Shown here in pieces: positions 43,526-52,278 of a stretch of 64,000 bases of DNA (position 1 is the stretch's first letter; the number at the start of each line of letters is the position of its first letter). Under the pieces are notes generated by a model. That model made no database searches. It saw only the letters and a list, made by a program, of their open reading frames with translations, and was not told the DNA's origin. Made by a program: the position numbers and the translations under genes. This DNA comes from Anaeromyxobacteraceae bacterium. GTDB taxonomy: Bacteria > Myxococcota > Myxococcia > Myxococcales > Anaeromyxobacteraceae. The stretch is from assembly GCA_032654565.1 (NCBI GenBank), contig JAULAX010000015.1, positions 704,001 through 768,000 on the forward strand, written 5' to 3'.

Positions 43526-43909
43526 TCAGTTGAGCGTGCCGGGGACCACCAGCGAGAACGGGGCGATCTCGGCGTCGAAGGCGGCGCCGTCGTCGCGCAC
43601 CATCTGGTAGCTGCCGCGCATCGAGCCGTGGCTGGTGGGGAGGACGCAGAAGCTGGTGTACTCGAAGGCCTCGCCGGGCTCGAGCCGCGGCTGGCGCCCC
43701 ACCACCCCGTCCCCCTCGACCACCTCGCGCTGGCCGCCGCCGTCGGTGATGATCCAGCGGCGCGAGCGGAGCTGCGCCGGCGCCGTCCCCTCGTTGCGGA
43801 TGGTCACGGTGTAGGTGAAGAGCCAGCGGCGCTGCCGCGGCTCGGAGCGGTCGGCCCGGTAGTCGGTGCGGACCTCGACGCGGACCCCGTCGGTGAGGGC
43901 GCTGGACAT
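43526..43909 (-). CDS. apaG: ApaG protein
   Basis: FTYTVTIRNEG, RRWIITD, GDGVVGRQP, GSMRGSYQM. Confidence 0.95.
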   Translation of the reverse strand: MSSALTDGVRVEVRTDYRADRSEPRQRRWLFTYTVTIRNEGTAPAQLRSRRWIITDGGGQREVVEGDGVVGRQPRLEPGEAFEYTSFCVLPTSHGSMRGSYQMVRDDGAAFDAEIAPFSLVVPGTLN

Positions 43910-43979
43910 CCGCTGCTTGTAACCGCGCCAGGGCGGCGGCGCCAGCGGCAGGCCGGGGCGGGTCGGGCCCGGCCCGTGG

Positions 43980-44330
43980 TCAGGCCGGCTCGGCGACCAG
44001 CCAGCTGCCGAGGGCGGCGGCGGCCAGCGCCAGCCCGGTGGCCAGCGCCGCCACCTGGATGGCCCAGGGGCCGGCCAGCGGGGCGAGGGAGGAGGCCAGG
44101 GCGGCACCCAGCCCGGCCGAGCCGTCGAGCAGCGCCGGCCCCAGCCGGGCCAGGTCGGGGGCCAGCGCCGCGGCCGCCAGCGCCGCCGCCAGCCCGGGGA
44201 GCCACTGGGCCAGCCGGTTGACCCGCGCCGGGCGGGGCGGCGGCAGCGCCTCCATGACACGCCGGGTGAAGCCGTCATCGGGGATCGGCGCCTCGCCGTC
44301 CAGCAGCTCGTCGATGTGATCGCGGGTCAT
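43980..44330 (-). CDS. Putative anti-sigma membrane protein
   Basis: IPDDGFTRRVMEALP followed by TM segments; coupled to the ECF sigma gene. Confidence 0.65.
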   Translation of the reverse strand: MTRDHIDELLDGEAPIPDDGFTRRVMEALPPPRPARVNRLAQWLPGLAAALAAAALAPDLARLGPALLDGSAGLGAALASSLAPLAGPWAIQVAALATGLALAAAALGSWLVAEPA

Positions 44331-44857
44331 GTGGTCCCCTCCAGCGCCGGCGCCAGCAGCCGCCGGAGCTTCTCCTTGCCACGCAGCACGTTGGTCTTGA
44401 GCGTCCCCACCGGGCAGCCGAGCAGCTCGGCCGCCTCCTCGTGGGTCAGCTCCTGCCCGTAGGTGACCGCCAGCGCCGCCCGCTCCTCGGGGCGCAGCTG
44501 GCCGAGCGCCCGGGTCAGGTCGCGGTGGTCGAGCACTGCCTCCTCGGTGGAGCGGGCCGGCTCCGGCGGCGGCGGCTCCGCCGGCGGGGCGCGCCGGGCC
44601 TGCGAGGACCAGGCGTTCCAGGCGATGCGGTAGAGCCAGGTGGAGAGCTTCGCGCCGCCCCGCCAGCTGCCCAGCTTCCGCCAGGCCGTCACGAAGACCT
44701 GCTGGGCCAGGTCGTCGGCCAGCGCCGCGTCGCCGGCGGTGAGCCGGCGCAGCAGGCCTCGCACCGCCGACTGGTGGCGGGCCACCAGCTCGGCGAAGGC
44801 GCGGCGGTCGTCCCCGGAGAGGACGCGCGCCACCAGCTCGGCGTCGGACGGCGGCAT
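44327..44857 (-). CDS. ECF RNA polymerase sigma factor
   Basis: AFAELVARH, ADDLAQQVF, STWLYRIA, HEEAAELLGCPVGTLKT. Confidence 0.93.
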   Translation of the reverse strand: MPPSDAELVARVLSGDDRRAFAELVARHQSAVRGLLRRLTAGDAALADDLAQQVFVTAWRKLGSWRGGAKLSTWLYRIAWNAWSSQARRAPPAEPPPPEPARSTEEAVLDHRDLTRALGQLRPEERAALAVTYGQELTHEEAAELLGCPVGTLKTNVLRGKEKLRRLLAPALEGTT

Positions 44858-44864
44858 CAGGTCA

Positions 44865-45248
44865 TCAGGTGGTGGGGCCGGTGGTCGAGGCCGACGCCTT
44901 GCCGGCGGAGGCGTAGTGGGCGACCAGCTGCCCGAGGCCGATGATGAAGACCATCAGCCCGATGGCCCAGAACGGCTTGTCCGGCTTGAAGATCCCCAGG
45001 AACACGCCGAGCCCCACGCCGATGAAGACGGTCTGGATCCCCCGGGCCAAGTCGTTGCGCGGGGCGGCGGCGGCGTCCAGCAGCTCGGCCGGAAGCGGCT
45101 GTCCCTTCTCCAGCGCCAGCCGGATCGTCTCGTGGCGCTGCTTGCGGGCCTGGTGCTTGAAGTAGCCGACCAGGGCCACGATGGCCACCGACATGGAGAA
45201 GACGCCGAGGGGGACGCCGAGGGCCACCATCATCTCGTTGAGCTGCAT
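44865..45248 (-). CDS. DUF6249-like membrane protein
   Basis: TM-RHETIRLALEKGQPLP-TM-TM pattern; AAGGAG RBS; first gene of the ECF operon. Confidence 0.75.
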   Translation of the reverse strand: MQLNEMMVALGVPLGVFSMSVAIVALVGYFKHQARKQRHETIRLALEKGQPLPAELLDAAAAPRNDLARGIQTVFIGVGLGVFLGIFKPDKPFWAIGLMVFIIGLGQLVAHYASAGKASASTTGPTT

Positions 45249-45293
45249 GTCGTCCTGCTCCTTTTCGGCCGGGAGGGCCGGTTCATCCACTTG

Positions 45294-45321
45294 GACGCCG
45301 CCACCCGGCCCGGCGGATTCA
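45294..45321 (-). promoter_or_regulatory. Possible ECF-type promoter TGAATC-N18-CGTC
   Basis: ECF-like -35 and -10 elements about 45 bp upstream of the ECF operon. Confidence 0.35.
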
Positions 45322-45354
45322 CCCAAACCGCGCCGGCGACGATATCCTGTCAGG

Positions 45355-46167
45355 ATGGAACCCAAGCTGGCGAAGATCCTCGAGGAGATCCGGGCCTCCA
45401 GCGGCCGGGTGGTGGCGCTCACCGGGGCCGGCATCTCGGCCGAGAGCGGCATCCCCACCTTCCGCGGGAGCGAGGGGTACTGGGTGGTCGGCTCGCGGAA
45501 CTACCTGCCGCAGGAGATGGCCACCAAGGAGATGTTCGACCGGAGGCCGGAGGAGGTCTGGCGCTGGTACCTCTACCGCTTCGGCGTCTGCCGCGCCGCC
45601 CAGCCCAACGCCGGCCACGCCGCGCTGGTGACGCTGGAGCAACGGCTCGGCGAGCGCTTCACCCTGATCACCCAGAACATCGACGGCCTGCACCGGCGGG
45701 CCGGCTCGAAGCGGGTCTTCACCATCCACGGCGACGCCGCCTCGGTCCGCTGCGCCGCCGAGTGCGGCCTCGGCCGGATCGACCAGCCCGACCTGGGGGA
45801 GCGGGCCAAGGAGGCGCCGCTCTCCGCCGCCGACCGCGCCGCGCTCACCTGCCCGCGCTGCGGCGGGTGGCTGCGCCCCCACGTGCTCTGGTTCGACGAG
45901 TGCTACGACGAGGAGAACTACTCGATGGACTCGGCGCTGCGGGCGGCCGGGGCCGCCGACCTGCTGCTGGTGGTCGGCACCAGCGGCGCCACCAACCTGC
46001 CCATGCAGATCGGTCGCATCGCCTTCCACCGCGGGGCGGCGCTGGTGGACGTCAACCCCGAGACCAACCCCTTCGCCGAGCTGGCGGTGCGGTCGGCGCG
46101 CGGCTACTTCGCCCGCGGCTCGGGCGGCGAGCGGCTGCCGGGGATCGTGGCGGCGCTCTCGCCCTGA
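45355..46167 (+). CDS. cobB: Sir2-family NAD-dependent protein deacylase
   Basis: GAGISAESGIPTFRG, TQNIDGLH, IHG, CxxxC/CxxC, LRPHVLWFDE, VGTS, VNP. Confidence 0.93.
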   Translation: MEPKLAKILEEIRASSGRVVALTGAGISAESGIPTFRGSEGYWVVGSRNYLPQEMATKEMFDRRPEEVWRWYLYRFGVCRAAQPNAGHAALVTLEQRLGERFTLITQNIDGLHRRAGSKRVFTIHGDAASVRCAAECGLGRIDQPDLGERAKEAPLSAADRAALTCPRCGGWLRPHVLWFDECYDEENYSMDSALRAAGAADLLLVVGTSGATNLPMQIGRIAFHRGAALVDVNPETNPFAELAVRSARGYFARGSGGERLPGIVAALSP

Positions 46168-46265
46168 CTGGCGGCGGCGGTCCGCATCTCGCGGACCAGC
46201 CAGGCCATCACCGCCAGCGCGGCGCCGAAGGTGGCGATGAGGACGAAGGTGGCGCGGCGGTTCAT
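46104..46265 (-). CDS. Small single-TM hypothetical protein (53 aa)
   Basis: MNRRATFVLIATFGAALAVMAWLVRE; near-100% GC3; TACCCT 8 nt before the ATG; overlaps the cobB 3' end. Confidence 0.5.
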   Translation of the reverse strand: MNRRATFVLIATFGAALAVMAWLVREMRTAAASQGESAATIPGSRSPPEPRAK

Positions 46266-46396
46266 GGGCCGGGAGGGTAGCGCGGGGGAGCGGTCCGGCA
46301 AAGGGCGGCCGTCGCACGTCGGGGGCGACCCCGGTGCCATCCTCGCCCGCGGCATCCCCAGGCGCTGCTCCTCCGGCTATCCCCGTGGACCCGTCG

Positions 46397-47284
46397 TCAT
46401 CCGAGCCACCGCCCGCCCGCTCCCGCCCGCGGCCGCTTCACCAGCCCGCGCGCCCTGGCCTGCTTCTCCAGCAAGAGCCGGAGCGCGGCCTGGAGCACCT
46501 GCTCGGTCGTGGCGTTCGGGATGGCGTGCGAGAGACCGTCCCTGGCCTTCTCCAGCTCCAGCAGGAACTCCCGGCTGACCGTGACGTGAAGCCGGCGAAG
46601 GTCGGCGGTGAGCGGCTTGACGTCGTCGCGAGTGGGAGGAGCCGAGGTCCAGGCGGATTGGGCCGGCCGCAGTCCAAACGTTTGGACTGGCTCCCCACCC
46701 CGGGCCGCCGTCACGGGCGGGAGCGCCATCGGCGAGCGCGCGGGCACCCGCGTGGATGGCTCCACGAGCTGAGCCGCCCGGCTCTTCTCCACCCTGGTCA
46801 CCAGGTCCCGGGTTGGCGGGTCCTGCCTGGGCACCAGCTCGGCGGTGACCTCCTGGGCCTCTCGCGCTGAGAGGCCGAAGTACCGGGGCAGCACCACGTC
46901 CCGATTCTCCCTGGTGAGGACCTTGGCCAGCTCGGCGGTGGTCGACATGCAGAGCTGGCCGTCTCGCAGGGGGGCGATGACCTCGGGGAAGCGCTGGACC
47001 AGCCGGGCCGCGCTGAGGCGCCAGTAGGCCCCGCTCCTCGAGAGGCCGAGCTCGACTCGCACGAAGGAGAAGAGATTGGCATGTCCCAGCGCCTCCCATC
47101 CGCGGCGCCGGTCGAAGTCGGCCAGCGCGACCAGGAAGTCGGCCATGGCGGCCTGCTCGGTGCGGAGGAGGAGCTTGAGCGTGTCACGGAGCTGCCGTGC
47201 TTCCAGGAGTGCGAGGGAGGGGGTGGCCGCTCCGTGCGACGAAGCCGCGGCCGAGGAAGGGATCGGGTGCGCGTGTGGGTTCAT
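46397..47284 (-). pseudogene. DUF222/HNH-endonuclease-family protein, truncated (no HNH domain)
   Basis: FLVALADFDRRRGW..LG..NLFSF...LGLS, LHVTVSREFL..LEKARDGLSH; ends without an HNH motif; atypical codon usage. Confidence 0.65.
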
Positions 47285-47712
47285 GAACGGATCGTCTCAC
47301 GGGAATTCCGGGCCTCGCCAAACCCACGGAGCCGCCCGCTGCGCTGCGTTCTTGATCCTCCCCTCGCGACCCCGGCCAGCGCAGCGCCACGCGCCAGGGC
47401 GGCGAGCAGGGGCCGCCACAAGGCCATTCACGCGTCGGCTCAGTTCCTGTGGGTGAAATAGGCGAGAATCGCGTCAAGTCCAGAGTGCGGCCATTTGGGT
47501 ACAGGCAGGCCGGACATCGCACGGCCGCAACCAATTCGTGAGCCTCGCCCTCGCCCTGCACGGAACCGACGGATCGCGAGCACCCTTCGTTGCGCCTTTC
47601 GACCGTCGATCGGCCCCGCCCGCCTCCCACGTCCCGTTCGCCGCGCCTCCCGCCAATCCCCGCTCCCCCCTCATGGCGCCTCCCGGCGCCGAGCCATGCG
47701 AGACTGGCACCC

Positions 47713-48777
47713 GTGCTGGTCGCCTACGTCTCCGGTCACGGCTTCGGCCACGCCACCCGTCTCTGCGAGGTGCTGGCCGAGGTGCGGGCCCGGGCCCCGG
47801 GGCTCCACGTCACCTTCGTGGGCACGGTGCCGGAGCGGCTGGTGCGCGGCGCGGTGGGCGGGCCGCTGACGGTGCGCCCGGTGGCGGTCGACGTCGGACT
47901 GGTGCAGCGCGACGCCCTCGAGTTCGACGAGGCGGCCTCGGCGGCGGCCTGCCGGGCCTTCGAGGCCACCTGGGAGGCGCGGGTGGCGGCCGAGACGGCC
48001 TTCCTGCGCGGCTGCGGCGCCCGGGCCGTGCTCGGCGACATCCCGGCGCTCCCCTTCGAGGCGGCGGCGCGCGCTCGCGTGCCCTCGCTGGCGCTGGGCA
48101 ACTTCTCCTGGGACTGGATCTACCGCCACCTCTCGACCCGGCAACCCGGGCTGGCGGCGTCGGCGGCGCGGGCCGCGGCGGCCTACGCCACGGTGGGCCG
48201 CCTGCTGGAGCTCCCCTTCGCCGCCGGCCTGGAGGCCTTCCCGGTGCGCGAGGCCATCGGCCTGGTGGCGCGGCGGCCGCGGGTGGGGCGCGCCGAGGCG
48301 CGGCGGCGGCTCAAGCTCGACGGCCGGCCGGCGGTGCTGGTCTCCTTCGGCGGCATCGGGCTGCCCGGGCTCGACCGGGCGGCGCTGGAGGCCGACGCCA
48401 CGCTGCGCTGGCTCCTGCCCGACGAGCTCCCCGAGGGGCGGCTGGCCGCGCTCGGCCTCACCTACCCCGACCTGGTCGGCGCCGCCGACGTGGTCCTGAC
48501 CAAGCCCGGCTACGGCATCGTCAGCGACGCCATCGGCGCCGGCACCCGGCTGGTCTACACCGAGCGCGGCGACTTCCCGGAGTACCCGGTGATGGTGGCG
48601 GCGCTGCCGCGGTACCTGGCCTGCGTCCACGTCTCCAACGCCGAGCTGCGGGCGGGGCGGGTGGCCGGGGCGGTGCGCCGGGTGCTGGCGCTGCCCATGC
48701 CGGCCCCGCCGCCGCTCGACGGCGCCGCCCGGGCCGCGGCGCGGGTGCTGGAGGCGCTGGGGTCGGCCGGGCGCTGA
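47713..48777 (+). CDS. GT-B glycosyltransferase-like protein (arabinokinase N-terminal-like)
   Basis: YVSGHGFGHATR, LGNFSWDWIY, VSFGG, KPGYGIVS. Confidence 0.8.
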   Translation: MLVAYVSGHGFGHATRLCEVLAEVRARAPGLHVTFVGTVPERLVRGAVGGPLTVRPVAVDVGLVQRDALEFDEAASAAACRAFEATWEARVAAETAFLRGCGARAVLGDIPALPFEAAARARVPSLALGNFSWDWIYRHLSTRQPGLAASAARAAAAYATVGRLLELPFAAGLEAFPVREAIGLVARRPRVGRAEARRRLKLDGRPAVLVSFGGIGLPGLDRAALEADATLRWLLPDELPEGRLAALGLTYPDLVGAADVVLTKPGYGIVSDAIGAGTRLVYTERGDFPEYPVMVAALPRYLACVHVSNAELRAGRVAGAVRRVLALPMPAPPPLDGAARAAARVLEALGSAGR

Positions 48778-48815
48778 GCCGGCACCGTCCCGACAGCCGG
48801 CGGCCGTCCCACCGG

Positions 48816-49829
48816 CTACCCGGCCGCCTCGGCCCCCAGCCGGCGCACCTGCTCCGGCTCGCCCAGCACGATCAGGGTCTCGCCGCCGGCCAGCCGGTGG
48901 TCCGGCCCGGGGGCGTAGAGGTAGCCGGCCCCGGCGCCCGGCGGCTTCACCGCCAGCAGCAGGACCCGGTGCCGGGCCAGCTCCAGCTCGTCGACGCGAC
49001 GCCCGCTCCAGCGCGAGCCGCCCGGCACCGGCACCTCCTCGATGCGCAGCGTCTGGGCCTGGTCGCGGACCATGACGTCGAGGAAGGAGACCACCTCGGG
49101 GCGGACCATCTCCGACACCATCCGCATCCCGCCGATCATGTTGGGCGAGACCACGGCGTCGGCGCCGGCGTGGCGCAGCTTGGCGTCGGCCCTGGCCTCG
49201 ATGGCCTTGGCGACGATGCGCAGCGCCGGGTTGAGGGCGCGGGCGGTGACGGTGACGAAGAGGTTGTCCTTGTCGTCGGTGAGGGCGGCGATGATGCCGC
49301 GGGCCCGCTCGATGCCGGCCTCGATGAGCACGTCGTCGTGGGTGGCGTCGCCCACCACCGAGGCGCAGTCGTAGGTGGTGGAGATCTCCCGGGCCACCTC
49401 GGCGACGGCGTCCACCACCACGAACGGGGTGCCGATGGCGGCCAGCTCGCGCACGCAGTTGATGCCGGTGGAGCCGGCGCCGCAGACGATGATGTGGCCG
49501 GACAGCTTCTTGACGCGGTTGTCCATGCGGCGCCTCCAGGTGAAGCCGGTCAGCTCGCCCTCGATGAGCACGGCCGCCACCGTGGTCACGAACCAGCCCA
49601 TGGCGACCATGCCGCCGAGCAGCAGCAGGATGGTGAAGGGGCGGCCCAGGGTGGTGGCGCCCAGCGGGACGATCTCGCCGAAGCCGGCGGTGGTGAGGCC
49701 GATGACCGTCTGGTAGAGGCAGTCGATGAGCGCCCACTGCCCGTCGCCGATGAGCCAGTAGCCGGCGGTGCCGATGAGCACCGAGGTGACCACGGCGCCG
49801 AGGGAGAGGGCGAGGCGGCGGAAGAGCAT
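48816..49829 (-). CDS. Potassium channel protein with RCK/TrkA domains
   Basis: 2 TM segments plus pore TTAGFGE; HIIVCGAGSTG; GDAT; TrkA_C tail. Confidence 0.9.
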   Translation of the reverse strand: MLFRRLALSLGAVVTSVLIGTAGYWLIGDGQWALIDCLYQTVIGLTTAGFGEIVPLGATTLGRPFTILLLLGGMVAMGWFVTTVAAVLIEGELTGFTWRRRMDNRVKKLSGHIIVCGAGSTGINCVRELAAIGTPFVVVDAVAEVAREISTTYDCASVVGDATHDDVLIEAGIERARGIIAALTDDKDNLFVTVTARALNPALRIVAKAIEARADAKLRHAGADAVVSPNMIGGMRMVSEMVRPEVVSFLDVMVRDQAQTLRIEEVPVPGGSRWSGRRVDELELARHRVLLLAVKPPGAGAGYLYAPGPDHRLAGGETLIVLGEPEQVRRLGAEAAG

Positions 49830-49876
49830 CGGCTGGTGATCCTAGCCCAACCCGGGCCGTGGGCCCCGGTCGCCGC

Positions 49877-51394
49877 TCACGGGGCCGCCGGAGAGGCGGG
49901 CAGCTCGACCCGGAAGCAGGTGCCGCCGCCGGGGACGTCGCGGACGGCGATGCCCCCCCGGTACTGGCGCACCACGTCCAGCACCACCGAGAGCCCCAGC
50001 CCGCGCCCCTCCGCGCGGGTGGTGAAGAAGTGGTCGAAGACCCGGGCCCGGGTGGCCTCGCTCATCCCCACCCCCTGGTCCGCCACCTCCAGCCAGGCCA
50101 CCGGGCCGTCGAGCGGGCGCTTGTCGCCGCCGGCCCGGTCGGGGCGCAGGGTGGCCGGGCCCCAGCCGGTGGCCAGGGTGATGCTGCCGGCGCGCCCCTC
50201 CATGGCGTGGACGGCGTTGAGCAGCAGGTTCATCACCACCTGGCGCAGCCGGGTGGCGTCGGCCCAGACCGGCGGCAGCCGCACGCCCCCCTGGAGCTCC
50301 ACCCGGCAGTCGGAGGGCAGGGTCCGCCGCACCAGCTTGGCCGCCTCGGCCGCCAGCGCCCCGAGGTCGACCGGCTCGTCCTGCCCGCTGCCCTGGCCGG
50401 CGTAGGCCAGCAGCTGGCCGGTCAGCTCCACGGCGCGCTGGGCCCCGGCCCGGGCCTCCACCACCGCCTCGCGGTGGTCGCCGGCGGGGATCTCGCGGAG
50501 CAGGCTGTCGAGCGTGCCCCGGACCACCGCCAGCAGGTTGCCGAAGTCGTGGGCGATCCCGGCGGTGAGCAGCCCCAGGCTGCGCACCTTCTCCTCGGTG
50601 GCCAGCCGGTCCTCGCCGCGGCGCACCTCCTCGAGCAGCTCCCGCCAGTAGACCGCCACCAGCACCGGCACCGCCCACATGTGGAGGTTGTGGCGCAGCG
50701 GCGAGAGGATCCAGGCGTGGCGCATGCCGGTGGCGATGCTCACCAGCATGAGCCCGTGGTCGAGCAGGAACATGGTGAAGGCCAGCGCCGCCAGCCGCGC
50801 CGAGCCGAGCTCGCGGAGGGTGAGGAGGCGGAGCACGGTGGCGGCCAGGAACAGCACCGCCACCGTCCGGAAGGCGGCGTCGCCCCAGTGCTGCGCGAAC
50901 TCCACGTGGGGGGCGCCGGGCAGGGCCCGGAGGCCGGCCACCGCGGCGTGCCAGGCCGGCGCGGTGACGGCGTAGAGCCCCAGCGAGGCGGTGACGCCGG
51001 CCACCAGCATGAGGCGGGCCCCGCCCCGGCGGCCGAGGAAGTGCCCCAGGAAGGCGTAGCCGGCGACCACCAGCGCCAGCAGCTCGACGGCGTGCTCCAG
51101 CGGCGGGTAGTAGGGGAGGATGGCGTCGAAGTCGAAGAGGCCGCGGTGGCTGCCGTACTCGGTGGCCAGCTGGAACAGCTCCCGCGCCATCCCCACCAGC
51201 GCCGCGATCCCCATGAGCAGGCTGCGCGGCTCGCGCCGGCGCCGCCACTGCGCCAGGGCCGCGCTGGCCAGCACCGCCCAGAAGAAGGCGGGGAGGACGA
51301 AGCGGGGGACGGCGTTGGCCGGATCGGCCCCCGGGCCGCCGCCGATCTGGCGCAGGAAGACCGCCACCTCCTCGAGGAAACTGGAACGCGTCAC
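49877..51394 (-). CDS. Membrane-bound sensor histidine kinase
   Basis: About 7 TM segments; AGIAHDFGNLL, QVVMNLLLNA, DQGVGM, FFTT, GRGLGL. Confidence 0.92.
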   Translation of the reverse strand: MTRSSFLEEVAVFLRQIGGGPGADPANAVPRFVLPAFFWAVLASAALAQWRRRREPRSLLMGIAALVGMARELFQLATEYGSHRGLFDFDAILPYYPPLEHAVELLALVVAGYAFLGHFLGRRGGARLMLVAGVTASLGLYAVTAPAWHAAVAGLRALPGAPHVEFAQHWGDAAFRTVAVLFLAATVLRLLTLRELGSARLAALAFTMFLLDHGLMLVSIATGMRHAWILSPLRHNLHMWAVPVLVAVYWRELLEEVRRGEDRLATEEKVRSLGLLTAGIAHDFGNLLAVVRGTLDSLLREIPAGDHREAVVEARAGAQRAVELTGQLLAYAGQGSGQDEPVDLGALAAEAAKLVRRTLPSDCRVELQGGVRLPPVWADATRLRQVVMNLLLNAVHAMEGRAGSITLATGWGPATLRPDRAGGDKRPLDGPVAWLEVADQGVGMSEATRARVFDHFFTTRAEGRGLGLSVVLDVVRQYRGGIAVRDVPGGGTCFRVELPASPAAP

Positions 51395-51470
51395 GCGAGG
51401 GCCCCCACCCGGAAAGGCGGCGAGGGTAGCACGGGCTGTACGTGCCGGCCGCGGCCCCTTGGGGAGTCCG

Positions 51471-52268
51471 TCAGGGCGCCGGCGCCGGGGCCGGCGCCGG
51501 GGCCACCGGGGCCGGCCCGATGGTGGGCGCCCCCTCGGGCGCTCCGGCCTGGTAGCTGGAGAGCTCGGCCTCGGCCCGGCCGATGGCGAAGTCGGTGCTG
51601 ATCTGGACCACCACCCGCCGGGCGTCGTCGCTGAACCAGACGTAGGTGGGGTTCTTCTCGCTGAACTTGCCGTCGAAGCCGGTGGGGACCCGCACCTTCA
51701 CCGCCGGGAACCGGCCGGCCGCGGTCTTGACCCACTCCCGGTCCACCACCGCCGCCACCACGGTCGAGACCTTGCGCCCGGAGAGCACCTGGAAGGTGTG
51801 GGAGCCGCCGTCGGGGAGGGGGAGGGTGCGCAGGTGGAAGATCAGCGCCACGAAGTCGACGGTCCCCGGCGGCACCTCGATCAGGTAGGTCTTGTCGAAG
51901 CGCCCGCGCTCCCGGACGGTGGCGGTGCCGGCGGCGCGGTCGAAGAGGGCGGTGTCGGTGTGCTTGTAGCCGCCCGGCTCGGCGGCGTCGAGCATCGAGG
52001 AGCGGGGCAGCAGCGTGGCGGCGTCGAGGTTGCTCACCAGCGTCTGCCGGAAGGTGACCACCGCCCCCAGCCCGGCGCTGCGGGAGGTGAGGGAGACCGG
52101 GGTGGCGCCGTCGGCGCCGGGCGAGACCGAGATGCGCGCCTTGCCCATGGTGATGCCGAGGTAGGTGATGTCGAAGTCCATCCGCTCGCCGGGGCTCCAG
52201 GGGCGAGGCGCCACCGCGGCCGGGTTGGCGGCGAGGGCGAGGGCGAGCAGCAGCGGCAGACCGGGCAT
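51471..52268 (-). CDS. DUF3108-family exported protein
   Basis: Signal peptide; PGERMDFDITYLG, TAAGRFPA, VWFSDD. Confidence 0.78.
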   Translation of the reverse strand: MPGLPLLLALALAANPAAVAPRPWSPGERMDFDITYLGITMGKARISVSPGADGATPVSLTSRSAGLGAVVTFRQTLVSNLDAATLLPRSSMLDAAEPGGYKHTDTALFDRAAGTATVRERGRFDKTYLIEVPPGTVDFVALIFHLRTLPLPDGGSHTFQVLSGRKVSTVVAAVVDREWVKTAAGRFPAVKVRVPTGFDGKFSEKNPTYVWFSDDARRVVVQISTDFAIGRAEAELSSYQAGAPEGAPTIGPAPVAPAPAPAPAP

Positions 52269-52278
52269 GGCCACCACT

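Noticed and set aside
34903..47481. Identical 13-mer GGACTTGACGCGA at 34903-34915 (+) and 47469-47481 (-)
   Set aside because: A 13-bp match is expected by chance in 64 kb, and neither copy has a properly spaced -10 box.
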